A stretch of 64,000 nucleotides of DNA from Octopus bimaculoides (lineage: Eukaryota), in the NCBI RefSeq assembly GCF_001194135.2, contig NC_068999.1, forward strand, positions 54,245,345-54,309,344. Reading direction: 5' to 3'. Below, in pieces: positions 36,907 to 50,100 of the stretch. The notes under the pieces were generated by a model, which was given only the letters and a program-made list of their open reading frames with translations, ran no database searches and was not told where the DNA came from. Made by a program: the position numbers and the translations under genes. The stretch's first letter is position 1; every line of letters begins with the position of its first letter.

Positions 36907-37240
36907 TGAGGTGCATTCAAAACGTATCTGGCCTTTGAGCATAAAAAAGCAATTTTGTACATTTCACAAATTTTATTTAATCACCTTGAAAATACTCACT
37001 GTGGGAGTTGACACACTTCTCCCAGTGGTTCTGCCACTGCTGGCAGTACCTCTGGAACACCTTCTATGGAATGATATGAAGCTCCACTATCGCTTTTCTA
37101 ATAATTTCGTCTCACAACTCTAGTCACTTCACCTTCAGCATGGTCTTTAGTTTGGGCTAAGAGCCAGAAGTTGCACACTGACAAGTCAGAAAAGCAGGGA
37201 GCCTGTCAAACAAGTGGTGTGTTGTTCTTGACCAGGAAAG
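36907..37240 (-). mobile_element. Mariner 3' end remnant
   Basis: Minus strand reads ...VFQRYCQQWQNHWEKCVNSHSEYFQGD*, followed by a TIR-like end at a TA run. Confidence 0.7.
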
Positions 37241-37247
37241 CTTGTGG

Positions 37248-37685
37248 GTGCAAACAGCCATGCTACATGGCAGTGAAACATGGGCCGTAACTGCTGAGGA
37301 CATGCATAAGCTTGCAAGGAATGAAGCGAGTATGCTCTGCTGGATGTGTAATGTCAGTGTGCATATTCAATAGAATGTAAGTACCTTGAGAGAAAAGTTG
37401 GATTTAAGAAGCATCAGAGGTGGTGTGCAAGAGAGACGACTATGCTGGTATGGCCATGTGTTGCGAATGAATGAGGACAGCTGTGTGAAAATGTGTCACA
37501 CCCTAGCAGTTGAGGGAACCTGTGGAAGAGGTAGACCCAGGAAAACTTGGGATGAGGTGATGACGCACAACCTTCAAACATTGGGCCTTACCGAGGCAAG
37601 GACTAGTGACCGGGACCTTTGGAGATATGCTGTGCTTGAGAAGACCCGACAAGTCAAGTGAGACCATAGCCCATGGCCTATGCAG
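37248..37685 (+). mobile_element. RTE-clade LINE 3' fragment
   Basis: ORF 37386..37661: [34 protein letters not shown]...GRGRPRKTWDEV...DRDLWRYAV. Confidence 0.88.
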
Positions 37686-37925
37686 TCTTCAAAATCATTT
37701 GGACAGAAAATATATGAACTCTGTAGGCAAGGTCAGAAGAGTACTGGAGGAATATTTTTTGAGACGGACAAGCGAATTTTGGAAGTCTACCAGAAAGATG
37801 GAAGAACATTGTAGAAAATGAAGGAGAGTATATTTTAGGTTAAAAAAAGTACTTTGTATATCTTAATTTTGAAAAATAAAACAAATGTAAAAAAAAACCC
37901 TGCATTATTTATGGGATGACCCAAT
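37686..37925 (+). mobile_element. Second mariner 3' end remnant
   Basis: Residual LQNHLDRK...VRRVLEEYF and PERWKNIVENEGEYILG*, ending in TIR-like tatttatgggatgacccaata. Confidence 0.65.
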
Positions 37926-40002
37926 ATTTCACCTTCTCCACCACCAGATGTCTCTCACCCTCCCTTGCACTAAGCTTGTCTCTTTCTAGGTCTCTCTCAT
38001 CCCACTCTTCCAACCTCTTCTCATCTCTCACTCTTTCCTCTCTGCTACACTCTTCACCTCTCTACATCCTTGGCCACCCCCACTCCCTTGCCACTATTCA
38101 CTACACCCCACAATTATACCAATCTCTGCAGTTGTCACCTACATTTCCTTGCTTAGGATCCACTCAACACTAGTTCATCAGTCATTTTATTCACTACCTC
38201 ACCCATTCCCCATCTCTCACTCTTCCACACTCTCACCCCTCCCCACATACACACACACTCATACCCTAAGGGTCCACACAGACACCTCATCACTATTTTT
38301 ATATTTTCCCTACTCCACCCAGTCAACACTCACCCGCTCTTCTAAAATGTGAATAGCCATGTAGCTCCTCAACAGCAAGAAGCCTGTTCTACACGTGGGC
38401 GACCTCACTAGTGCTGGTGGCACAAAAAAACAAAAAAACACCCAGTACACTCTGCAAAGTGCTTGGCATTAGGAAAGGCCCCCAGCCATAGAAACTATGC
38501 TAAAGAAGGCAGTTGAGCAAGAGGCAGTCATCTGATACATTAGATCCTGTTAAAATGTCCAACCCATGTCAGTATAGAACAAGGACATTATTTGTATATA
38601 CATACAAATATATGTGGGTGGGTGGGTGAGTGTGGGTGGGTGTGTGTGCATATTGGCTTCAGTCATTAGAATGCGGCCATGCTGGGGCACCATTTTGAGG
38701 AATTTTAGTCAAATGAATCGATTCCTGTACTTGTTTTCTTTTTTAAGTCCGGTACTTATTTTATTGATCTCTTTTGCTGAACTGTTAAGTAACAGATGTA
38801 AACATACCAACACCAACAATCAAGAAGTAGTGGGAGACAAACACAGACACAAAAACACACACACAAAAACACAGACACAAACACACAGACACAAAAACAC
38901 AGACACAAACACACACATGGATATGCACATCTTCTCTAGCCGGCTTCTCTCAGCTTCTCACTACCAAATCCACTGACAAGGCTTCGGGTGGCCCCGAGGC
39001 TACAGTAGAAGACACTTGCCCAAGGTACCACACAGTGGGACTGAACCCGGAACCATATGGTTGGGAAGCAAACTCTTACCACACAGCCACATTTCATATA
39101 TGTACATATGTATGTATGTATATCTACACACACACACAAACGAGTGTAGTGAAAGGAAAGGAAAAGCAAGTTATGCATATATCGTATATAAAGTTGTTTT
39201 TCTCTAAATGGGTCCTCAAAATTATACTTTATGCATGCAATATGTGTGTTCTAACACAACTCTAACTGTATACACTATTGAATTTAACAAAACACTTGAG
39301 ATATTTTAACTTTTTATTTATTTATTTATTTATTTATTTTTGCTTTTCACATGGATATTGGATATTCGGGTGGGGGTTGTTTTATATGCTCTTCACATGT
39401 GTGTATGTGTGTGTGTGTGTGGGGGGTTTAGACACACACACACACACATAGGCTTGCTTTCTCTTAATTCATGAAACCTATTTGGGAAGGGAAGAAACTT
39501 GAAATGAAAGGGGTGGAAGAGATCCTGACTAAACTGGGTGGGGAATATACGGTTAAGACGATGGGTCTGCCAATGTGCCTGGGGAAGAGAACAACCAGCA
39601 GGTTAAATAAATATCCCTAGGTGATCAAGTGAGGTCATATTGCAGATACTCTCTGCTGGTTCATATAAGTTCATTCTGTCTCAGAATATCTGCTTTCATT
39701 CCAGTTTAAAAACATACATTATTCTACTGCTAAGTACAACCAGAGTCAAGTTGCTTTGGTTGTAAGGTCCTGGGGAATCAAATATGTAACACAGGTGCAC
39801 TTTCTCATGGATGACTTTGTCGATCATTGTCAATAACATGGAGAGGGATTAGTTCCACCACGCTGCATTGTTTGCAGTGCATAACTTTTGCATGACTGCC
39901 TGACCTACAACAACTCTTTTATCTTTCACTTGTTCCAGTCATTGAACTGTGGCCATGCTAGTGCACTGCCATGAAGGACTTTGAACAAACAAACCAACCC
40001 CA

Positions 40003-40290
40003 GCAAGTCATCAGCATACAGGAGCACCCAGGTGCAGCCTGTCTTGAATTCCTCTGTCATTGCCTGGAGGACTATGATGAATAAGAGGGGACTGAGGACT
40101 GATCCTTGGTGAACCCTTACTTCTACCCGGAATTCTTCACTATAATCGTTGCCAACTGTCACCTTACTGAAAGCATCCCTGTGCAGGGCTTGTACAGCTC
40201 TTACCAACCACTCATCTATCCCCAGTTTCTGCATTGACCACCAGATAAGGGATCGGGAGACCCTGTCAAAGGCTTTCTCCAAGTCAACAA
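40003..40290 (-). mobile_element. RTE-clade LINE reverse transcriptase internal fragment
   Basis: ORF 39926..40378: AFVDLEKAFDRV...VHQGSVLSPLLFIIVL...LLYADDL (RT core motifs). Confidence 0.9.
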
Positions 40291-41379
40291 AAGCCAAGTA
40301 GTGCTCCAGCATGGCCACAGTCAAATGACAGAAACAAGTAAAAGAATAAAAGCACACACACACACATTCATTGCTCATTCATCCTTCTTTCTGTTTTTCA
40401 AGCTAGCTTGGGTTCAACAACTNNNNNNNNNNNNNNNNNNNNNNNNNNNNNNNNNNNNNNNNNNNNNNNNNNNNNNNNNNNNNNNNNNNNNNNNNNNNNN
40501 NNNNNNNNNNNNNNNNNNNNNNNNNNNNNNNNNNNNNNNNNNNNNNNNNNNNNNNNNNNNNNNNNNNNNNNNNNNNNNNNNNNNNNNNNNNNNNGGAGGG
40601 GAGGAGGATTGTTTAACAGGCAGCTGCTCTTCCCATTGCTGATGCCCCTACCCCCACAACAATCCCTTTCTGTGTTTTGTTTTGTTTTTTTTTCATGCAG
40701 TTCCCATCTACCAAATTCAGCTCATAAAGTATTGGTTGAGCCAGTGATACCGTAGAAGACACTTGTCCAAGGTATGCTGCGCAGTGGAAAAATGAACCTG
40801 GAACCATGCGTTATGAAATGAACTTAGCCAGCCACACAGCCATCCATGCCTGTAACCAACAAGTAGAAGCTGAAATGGTAGAGTGTAATTGGGATTGGCA
40901 ATACAGGCAAAGCACATGATAGTTTGTTGCCAATCAGGAATCAATAACTAAATCTTTGTTACCTGTCTACAATTACTGGCAAAACCTGTTGTTATGTAAG
41001 GACAGACTGACCAACAAATTAGAAACATGCTTTTACATGTCACAAAACACTCCTACACAATAGTTCACTAAATAACATAGTTATGTAGTGTGGCTCTATT
41101 TCAAGACAGACTCTAAGAACATGTCAAGAAGGGTATCTGGCTGCAGAAAATCAGCTTCAATGAATTCTGAGACATGCAAGCATGGAAAAACAGATGATAA
41201 AACGATGACAAAATAATGATAATACTATTACATGTTATGCATGCACACATGCACACACTCATACACACACACAGCTTAATCAGAGACAGTAGTGTAATGG
41301 CCATGACCTTTACAGACTGCAGCTGGTGAGAGAGAGAGAGAGGGAAGCAAAAACCACAATTCATGGGTTACAGTAGTAA

Positions 41380-42000
41380 GAAAGAACACACCAACATATT
41401 GATATATCTAACTCCAGACCAGAGATAAGGTCCACATGCTTACAACAGGAACATATGCCATTAAAGACGCCCAAGTTTAGATCTTCCAGCCAAGCTAAGT
41501 TTGAACCAACGATAGCACAGCAAAATGTCCAGTATGCAACAGCAAAGCTACCTTTTAGGCATTCAGTCATCATGATGCTTCTAAATTTTGAACTGAAAAC
41601 ACATTGCTCTCATCAAAAACACTGTTGTGCCTAAATCCATCTGTTCACAAAGAACTGGCCCAGGATACATCTCTAGAAACAGTCAAACCAAATTCCCATG
41701 CGTCTGGCAAAATATTATTGCAGATATTTTTAGTGACTTTCCTCAATCATACACGATCAACTAAACTATCTGTTGCTTAACCTCAGAGACTATCACATAT
41801 GTTATTAAACAGATTGCAAATGTACTTTCAAATATAATACTACAGCTAGGAACTTTCTCTTTGAAACGGATAGAAATAAAGCAGAATGTACAACTATTAC
41901 TGTTCTCACCCCTTTGCTTTTTGGGTCCATTTTTTTTATATATCATGCCATCGTGAAGAGTTTGGTAAAGACCTGTGTTTGCTGTGATTGCAGCAATTGA
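41380..42000 (-). mobile_element. Possible highly degraded hAT (Spin/Charlie-like) transposase remnant
   Basis: Scattered resemblance only: KKQRGEN..CTFCFISIRFKEKVPSCSII, VFDES and LNLGVFNGIC. Needs a profile search. Confidence 0.3.
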
Positions 42001-43729
42001 AAATTATATGCCAACTCTTTAGTGCCAATAGCTATTACTTTTTTGCACTGAGTGCTGTAATTTTAATGAGAAATACAAAGCACTGCTGAAGACTACTTTT
42101 AAGTACCCATAGGTTGTGGATAGCAAAAGATCTGAGCCTCAGTCACTGAATTACTGACCCTCAGTCACTGAATTACTGACCTCAGCGAAATATCCAGAAA
42201 CTATTACATTATTTCTAAAAAAGATCACATCATTTCTAGATATTTCTAGAAAATTTTACATTCTATAATTTATCTTTCGTGACAGACATTAAATGATGAT
42301 CATAATGTGAATGAAATCAACCCCATGACTTATTTTTTAAGCTTAGTACTTATTCTATCAGTCCATTTGCTGAACCACTAAGTTACAGGGATGTAAACAC
42401 ACCAACACTGATTGTCAAGAAGTGGTGAAGGACAAACACAAACACACACATATATATGTATATACAATGGGCTTCTTTCAGTTATCATCTACCAAGTCCA
42501 CTCACAAGGTTTTGGTCAGCCTGAGGCTATAGCAGAAGACACTTGTCTAAGATGCCATGCAGTGGAACTGAACCTGGAACCATGCAGCTGGAAAGCAAGC
42601 TTCTTAGCACACAGCCACACCTATTTTTATTTTTGTGGGGAGCAAAACTTGGGAAAGAGACATTTATAAAAAACTATTTGGTAAAAGTAGCAGAAAGCGA
42701 GGAATGAGCTACATAGGTTAAGTACCATAGGTCTCAGTTCAATAACAGTCTTAGCAATCTTTGGATTTGGACAGAACTGAAAATTTAACTGAGTGAATGA
42801 GCGAGGACAGAGCTGGCAAGAACTGAGCGAGTTGAACTTTTCAGAGCCAGATGCACTTTCATTCTGAACATCCTTTGTTTCATTGTGGAAATTATTGTTT
42901 TTGTTTAGCCCCAGGTCAACCCACACCAAGTAGACCTGTGATGTCCATGATCATGATCATCCCATCCCATCATTTTCCTATGTGCAGAGAACCTAGGAAA
43001 AACATTATCCAACATGTCAGTTAGAAAAAAAAAAAAAATGAAAAAAAAATACAATAGTGCAATTCGAAGGAGTTTTGGCTGTTATTTCTAGCAGATTGAG
43101 AAACTCCATTGGTTCATTTTGTAGGTGATGCGTAGGTGTGGCCTGTGCACAGCCCCTGATGATGTAAAGTGTGTTGTGTTGTTTGTTGTGGAGAGAGAGA
43201 GACTGGAAATGCACACATGACTGAAATAGTTAAAGGATTAATGCTAATGTTTTGTTTATAAACTGGCAGGATTAGGGTTTGGGTTGAAGAAATGTTGCTG
43301 CGCTTTGTGTTAATGTACATAGTTTTGTGTTAATGTAGAGATGCTAATAATAGCAGTCACCTAGTGGGCTCAATTCAATCAACTGAGACCCTCTCATCTA
43401 TATATTTGAACTCTTGTGCAGGTGTTGAAATCCATTGTTATTATTCACAATTTCATCATCGTCATCATTATCGTTTAACGTCCGCTTTCCATAATATGTG
43501 TGTGAATACATACATACATACTTACACACACACATACACATACATTTATATGGTGTCCCTCGTTGCCAACCTCCTACAAAAACATAAACAGTTATGGGCA
43601 AGTATTACCTTGGGAGGACAACTGGCCTTAGAAAATCTGTCTAAATTAGTTCTGTATAATTCATACCAAGCATGGAAAAGTGGACGTTAAAATAATGATG
43701 ACAATTTGTGTGTGTGTGTGTGTACACAC

Positions 43730-43938
43730 ATGAGGGGGTGCTGAAAAGTTTCTGGCTTTAAGGGTATTGTGAAAGGCCTGGTTGGAGGTCCGAGTTCTTT
43801 CATAGGATTTAGAAAAACTGAAGGACTGTTGCAATAAGTGTGTAAATCTGAGAGGAGAATATGTTGAATAAAACAATAATTAACTGATCCTCCTGCATTT
43901 TCTTTTACCCAAAGCCATGAACTTTTCAGCACCCCTTG
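43730..43938 (+). mobile_element. Mariner MITE
   Basis: TIR gagggggtgctgaaaagtt / aacttttcagcaccccttg; internal KCVNLRGEYVE* transposase tail. Confidence 0.8.
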
Positions 43939-44010
43939 TGTGTGCATGTGTGTGTGTATTAAAATATTATGTGAAATGTAAGAGATAGAAAATGGAATTC
44001 CTGAGACTAT

Positions 44011-44330
44011 TTAGACCCACTATGATCGTTTTGACCCATCGTGCACCGGTGCCTTACAGGTGAGATGCTGTTCAAACAGTTGTCATGCATCACAGGTGTG
44101 GATGCATCTCCTCAGGTGACTTTTCAAAAAGTACCATGTTTTTTTAACTTGCCATTTCGATAATTTCTATAACAACACATTTCGGTTAGTGCAGCATAAC
44201 TATCCATCTCTGTAAGGAAGAACACAGAGGAGACACATCTACACCTATGATGCATGACAACTGTTTGTACATCATCTCACCTGTAAGGTACCAGCGCATG
44301 ATGGGTGAAAAGGATCGTAGTGGTTCTGAA
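44011..44330. repeat. Fold-back element with about 105-bp arms and about 110-bp spacer
   Basis: Left ...ccttacaggtgagatgctgttcaaacagttgtcatgcatcacaggtgtggatgcatctcctc versus right gaggagacacatctacacctatgatgcatgacaactgtttgtacatcatctcacctgtaagg... Confidence 0.85.
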
Positions 44331-46186
44331 TGAATTAAGAGTCTTGTAAATTCCGTTTTCTGTCTCTTCACATTTTTCAGAACACAAATGAATTCCTGAA
44401 GTTAATTCAGATGCATATACTTCCATACTGTCGTTGACACCAGGTAACCAAATACTGTGGCCAGGCTTTAAACAGCATTCTACAACGTATATACCCAAAT
44501 ATGTGATATATATAATATACACATACATCAACATATATAAATGTATTTAGGTAAATATATACACATGATGATGATATCACATGCGTGTGTGTAAATAAAC
44601 AGTTTGTGTATAAATGTGCAGTTTATAAGCAAACATACAATTACATCAATGCAGTTTAGCACACACATGCACATGCATACACACACTTGAACATTCTACA
44701 TAGTCTTGTAACATATATGCATCTCAGTGTTGTGTTAGTATATGTTACTGTGTTTGTGTATGTGTGGGTGGATAATGTGTTTACGTGAATCACCACGTAT
44801 ATATATATATATATATGCGTGTGTGTGTGAGAGAGAGAGAGAGAGAATAGAGTGATGTTTGCCAACATGTGTGGGCGGGCGGGTGAGGGTGGGGAGGCAA
44901 AGGAAGTGTGCTTCTGTGTCTAGCACAAGAAGTTAAAGCAACAGCAAATTTCCTACTACCACCCTTGCTCCTTCCATCTCAGCTGGGCTTCGGGCAGCTA
45001 CACACACCGACTGACAGTGATAGCAGGTCTACCGGAGGTGGAGAAGAGAAGCTGGCAAGTACCATCACATAGAGGGCGAGTTTAGGATGAGGAGGAGGCG
45101 AAAAGGAGGCTGCATGCATAGTTTCAACTTCTGTCTGTTTGTCTGTCTCTCTCTTTCTCTCCATCTCTCACACACACACACACACACATGAGATAATGCA
45201 GGGTAGACACAGAGAGAGACAGACAGACAGATGAAAGAGTAAGGGTAGTTAGGGTCTATCTCTCATACATAAGGGGAACACACAAGTGACATACCAAAAC
45301 ACTATCGCGAAGCCATTATTCCTGACCATCCTCTGTGTGTGTGTGTATACTAAAGCAGGACCTTGCCTTATGTGCTGCTATTAATTTTACAACCAATACT
45401 ATTATCACGAATGCATACAAAAGACACAATATACTCGGAACACTGCGTTTACACATTATTACACACACACACGCACACATATACACCTCGAGAAAGCAAA
45501 ACAACTCTAATAGTACTAAGGTTGTTACTACTACTGCTACTACTACTACTAGAAATTAGTTGCATCTAAGTCCGGAGGAGTTTGCAATTAGCAGAAGCCA
45601 AATAAAAAAAGATGGTGGTGGTCGTGGATGTTACGGTGTTGGTGACGGTGAAGATAAAAAAAGGCATAAAAGAAGAATCAAAGTATTAAAATTACGAATA
45701 TATTCCGAAAGATGAGAGAGAGAAAGAAAAAAAAGACCAGCAGTTGGAATGGTAGAAGAGTGTTTCGAAGAAATGCTGATGATAGTGGTAATGCTGATGA
45801 TGCTGGCATTGGTGGTGGTGGTGGTGGTGATGGTTGTGGTACTGTTATGATATATGGTGTCAATGGTGCCGATTAACTCGCCCCCCCCCGCTCACACACA
45901 GAGTTTAGACTAAAGAAAAGCCTGTACCCCACCTCTTTCTCCCACAAGACAATCTTGATGTAATGAAGGACAGAGCGAAGAAACGCGCTCGCTCTCTCTC
46001 TCTTACTCACACACACACACACACACCGCATCATCATTCTATCCAGCTTTGCTCCAGAAGCGAAGCAATGATGGTCCCGATGATGACGGTTTGGCCAGTA
46101 TGAAGAGGTCCGATGGAAAAAAAAAAGGAGAAGGGCATGCACACCACCAGAACACTGCATGGTGAGGGGGGGGATTCAGTACTTAC

Positions 46187-46260
46187 CTCAAAAGGGAAAC
46201 ATTTCTAAGGCAGAAGCATTTGTCTGGGCTCCACTGGCGGCGATTGTATGAATAAGCCAT
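46187..46260 (-). CDS. Candidate first coding exon (MAYSYNRRQWSPDKCFCLRNVSLL-R), gene assignment uncertain
   Basis: ATG at 46260-46258, consensus donor TTGAG|gtaagt, 74 nt, phase 2, in a CpG-rich region on the same strand as and upstream of the DGK exons. No homology recognised. Confidence 0.45.
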
Positions 46261-46537
46261 GGAAGGAAGGAAAGACTCAGAGAGAGAGAGGGAGAGAGAG
46301 AGAGAGAGAGAGAGAAGGGGTGAACATCTGTTAGAAGATGAAGTCAGTTTCTGACGAGGGAGTTGTGGGTGGAAGGGGGAAGTGAAGGGGAGTAGGGTTA
46401 GGCTTGACGGAGGGGTGCGTGTATGCTTTACACGTGTGTTGTGGTGCATGTGAATGTAGTTTACACAACTTGGGTGTACGATATTCAATAGTAAACATAT
46501 ATACAGTTGTATAACTAACCATATACATACATATATG

Positions 46538-46593
<56 letters not shown>

Positions 46594-47128
46594 NNNNNNN
46601 NNNNNNNNNNNNNNNNNNNNNNNNNNNNNNNNNNNNNNNNNNNNNNNNNNNNNNNNNNNNNNNNNNNNNNNNNNNNNNNNNNNNNNNNNNNNNNNNNNNN
46701 NNNNNNNNNNNNNNNNNNNNNNNNNNNNNNNNNNNNNNNNNNNNNNNNNNNNNNNNNNNNNNNNNNNNNNNNNNNNNNNNNNNNNNNNNNNNNNNNNNNN
46801 NNNNNNNNNNNNNNNNNNNNNNNNNNNNNNNNNNNNNNNNNNNNNNNNNNNNNNNNNNNNNNNNNNNNNNNNNNNNNNNNNNNNNNNNNNNNNNNNNNNN
46901 NNNNNNNNNNNNNNNNNNNNNNNNNNNNNNNNNNNNNNNNNNNNNNNNNNNNNNNNNNNNNNNNNNNNNNNNNNNNNNNNNNNNNNNNNNNNNNNNNNNN
47001 NNNNNNNNNNNNNNNNNNNNNNNNNNNNNNNNNNNNNNNNNNNNNNNNNNNNNNNNNNNNNNNNNNNNNNNNNNNNNNNNNNNNNNNNNNNNNNNNNNNN
47101 NNNNNNNNNNNNNNNNNNNNNNNNNNNN
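46594..47128. other. Largest assembly gap (others: 6592-6740, 23807-23898, 40423-40594, 49156-49201)
   Basis: N runs, mostly bordered by microsatellites. Confidence 0.99.
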
Positions 47129-50100
47129 GAGAAGACGGCGAGCAGGAGAGAGAGAGGGGGGAGGAGAGTGAAGTGGAGGTTAATCTCGCAAAGACGGCGG
47201 GGTAGCTACAGTGGATGAAGGAAGGCGGGTACGGGTGCAGAACCACAGAACCAATGCCTGACTTCTCGTAGGTCATACTACAACACCAGCATCAATTAAT
47301 TGTGGCCGTATCACTACCAGTAGTAAGGCGGCGGCTGCGGCAGCAGCAGCAGTAGCAGTAGTAGTAGTAGTAGTAGTTGCACTACTACTACTGAGAGATT
47401 GCAGAACTCAATACAGTCTTTATTATATGTTGTGTGTGTGTGTGTGTGTGTGTGCGAGCGCGCACACACACACACACACATGTATTCTTTTATTCTTTTA
47501 TTTGTTTCGGTAATTTGACTGCGGCCATGCTGGAGCACCACCTTACACACACACACATGTAATGTATATATGTGCACATGAATATACATACATGTAAATA
47601 TATTTATATATGGTATATATGGTACAAAAAATGCATGCAAACAAGGTAATAAAAAAAACCCAAACAGGGCGTATTAGGTTGACACTGCATCATAAGATGC
47701 AAGGAGTATAAAAGCCGGCCACAGAATTCAACAAGATGGTTTCAATTCCTGACAAGCTAATTCAATCCAACTCCTAATAATCTATACAGACATCATAGCA
47801 GTTTGTCTCCCTCTCTCCTGAGAAGTAGCAATCAAATCTCTTCCAAACTGGGACACATTGAATAATGTAATCAGAGATACACTATGCTATATAAGAAAAA
47901 AGAAAAAAAAAAGACAGTGTGATCATAGCTAAATGCATTTTATCATGGATCATCTTGGTCAGACCTAAGCAGTAAGGGATGTTTTGCTTATCATCACCAT
48001 CACCACAAGAAAGTGAGCTGGCAGAATCATTAACATGTCAGGAAAATATTTTGCAGTGTTTGCTCCGACTTTACATTCTGTGTTCAAATCCTACCAAGAT
48101 CAATTTTGCCTTTCATTTCACCAGGGTCAATACAATAAAGTGCTGGCCTTGTGCCAAAATTTGAAACAAAGGCAGCAAGTTGGCAGAACAGTTAGAGCAT
48201 CAGAAAAATGACTTGCAATATTTCATACAGATCTTTACGTTCTGAGTTCAAATCCTGCAAAGGTCAACTTTGCCTTTCATCCTTTTGGTTTTGATAAAAT
48301 TAACAGTCAAATACTGGGATGGATGTAATCAACAAACACCCACACCCCTGAAACTGCTGGCCTTGTGCCAACATTTGAAGCAATTATTATCATCATCATT
48401 GCATTGAAGATGGTGATTGGCAGAAATAATAGAACAAAAATAACAAAAATCTCTGGTTGCATCCCTTTACATTCTGAGTTCAAATCCCACTAAATAACAA
48501 CAGCCTTTCTGTGTGACCTTACACCAAAATTAGAAGTCGTTATCATCATCATCATAATGAATGGTCTCCAACCCTGGCCACAAACAACAACGGTAATTAC
48601 ATCAACTAATAATAATGGTTTCAAATTTTGACACAAGGCTAGCAATTTTAGGGGAGGGGTTAAGTCAGTTACATCAACCCCAGCATTCAACTGGTACTTA
48701 TTGTGTCTACTCCTATGAGGATGAGAGGCAAAGTCAACCCCAGCAACATTTTGAACTCAGAACATAAAAACAGATGAAATGCCACTAAGCATTTTGCCCA
48801 GTAAGCTAATGATTCTGCTAGTTCATTGCCTTACATTAATTAGTAATAATGAGCTTCTTGTATACAGTGTTCAGGTACACAACAACCTGTTGGAAAAAGT
48901 AAAAGGAAAGGAAACGGGACAGAAAGCAGGAATAAGTCAAATAAAGAAAGACAGCAATGATGTCTACCTGTACCTTGCAAAGTACACACAGAATGAAACA
49001 AAGACAGAAAAATAAACAGTAAAAGAGTCATAATGAGAAACAGTTGCATAGGAACAATCTTTTCATTCAATTGTTATTACTATTGTTGCTAAAGACCGAT
49101 GTTAAATCCTGACCCAGTAGATCTATGCTAAAAGACGTTTTATATATATATATATNNNNNNNNNNNNNNNNNNNNNNNNNNNNNNNNNNNNNNNNNNNNN
49201 NGCTGGTAGTTGGTTTCTTTATATATATATATATATATAAAGAAACCAACTACCAGCATCGTGAATTTTCTAAGGCAAACAAGTAAACTTCCAGAACGGA
49301 TGAACTGATATCATGAAAGATATTAATTTAATGTAATTCATTTTCCCTACATTAACAGCATGATTAAACTGCTTTAAAAATTATTGAAACCAGTAGCATA
49401 TTTTATTAAAAATGTAAATATTTCTTTCTTTTGTCCATGATAAAGTTCTCAATGCATTTTCTTACTTTTTCTTCTTCAAATATAAATTTACTGTCTCACA
49501 CTCTCTCTCTCTCATTCTCTCTCTCATTCTCTCTCTCTCTCTTCCTACACACACACATGTACACATGCACACACATACATTTAAAAGTGTAAACAAGAGA
49601 GGCTGGATTGAGCAAACACACTTTATTGTACAATACTACAATTGTTTCATCTCCACTTTGCCAGCAGATACTTGCTGAAATATTATGTGATATATTAGAT
49701 ACATTAACTATTATACATCACATCAGTATTATTGCAGCAACACTGGTAAGTGAAGACTGAGCAGGTATGATCACAATGTGCCTGCTAAATCAAACCCTAT
49801 TCCACAGAATCTATACTCCATGATGATTCCATTATAAATGCTTCATTAATATATCACAATTAAACTAAAAACAAACACCATCAGATCATAAACCACAAGT
49901 ACAGATCAACCAGCCAAGATAAGACAAGATGGTCATGACTGGAATACTCTTGATCACAGGTCTGTTTACCCGGCCTGGGGCTAAATAGCAATGACAGCAA
50001 CAACTATAATGATATGCATATCAGTAATTCATTGGTGATGTGAGTTCAGTGATGACATCCTCCACTTCCTCTCACATATAACTGTAGTCAATCCACTAAA

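Larger units (their letters stand above)
45560..47340. promoter_or_regulatory. CpG-enriched region, possible promoter/5' UTR (contains gap 46594-47128)
   Basis: Visible enrichment of CG dinucleotides and GC-rich runs relative to the rest of the window, surrounding the candidate first exon. Confidence 0.4.

Noticed and set aside
48835-48886. Strong polypyrimidine acceptor and GTAAGG donor on the minus strand
   Set aside because: All three frames contain stops and the donor comes from the edge of a SINE head; at most a UTR exon, with no support.
49202-49257. Perfect 18-bp inverted repeat around (TA)n
   Set aside because: It starts exactly at a gap edge and pivots on self-complementary (TA)n, the typical strand-flip assembly artefact.
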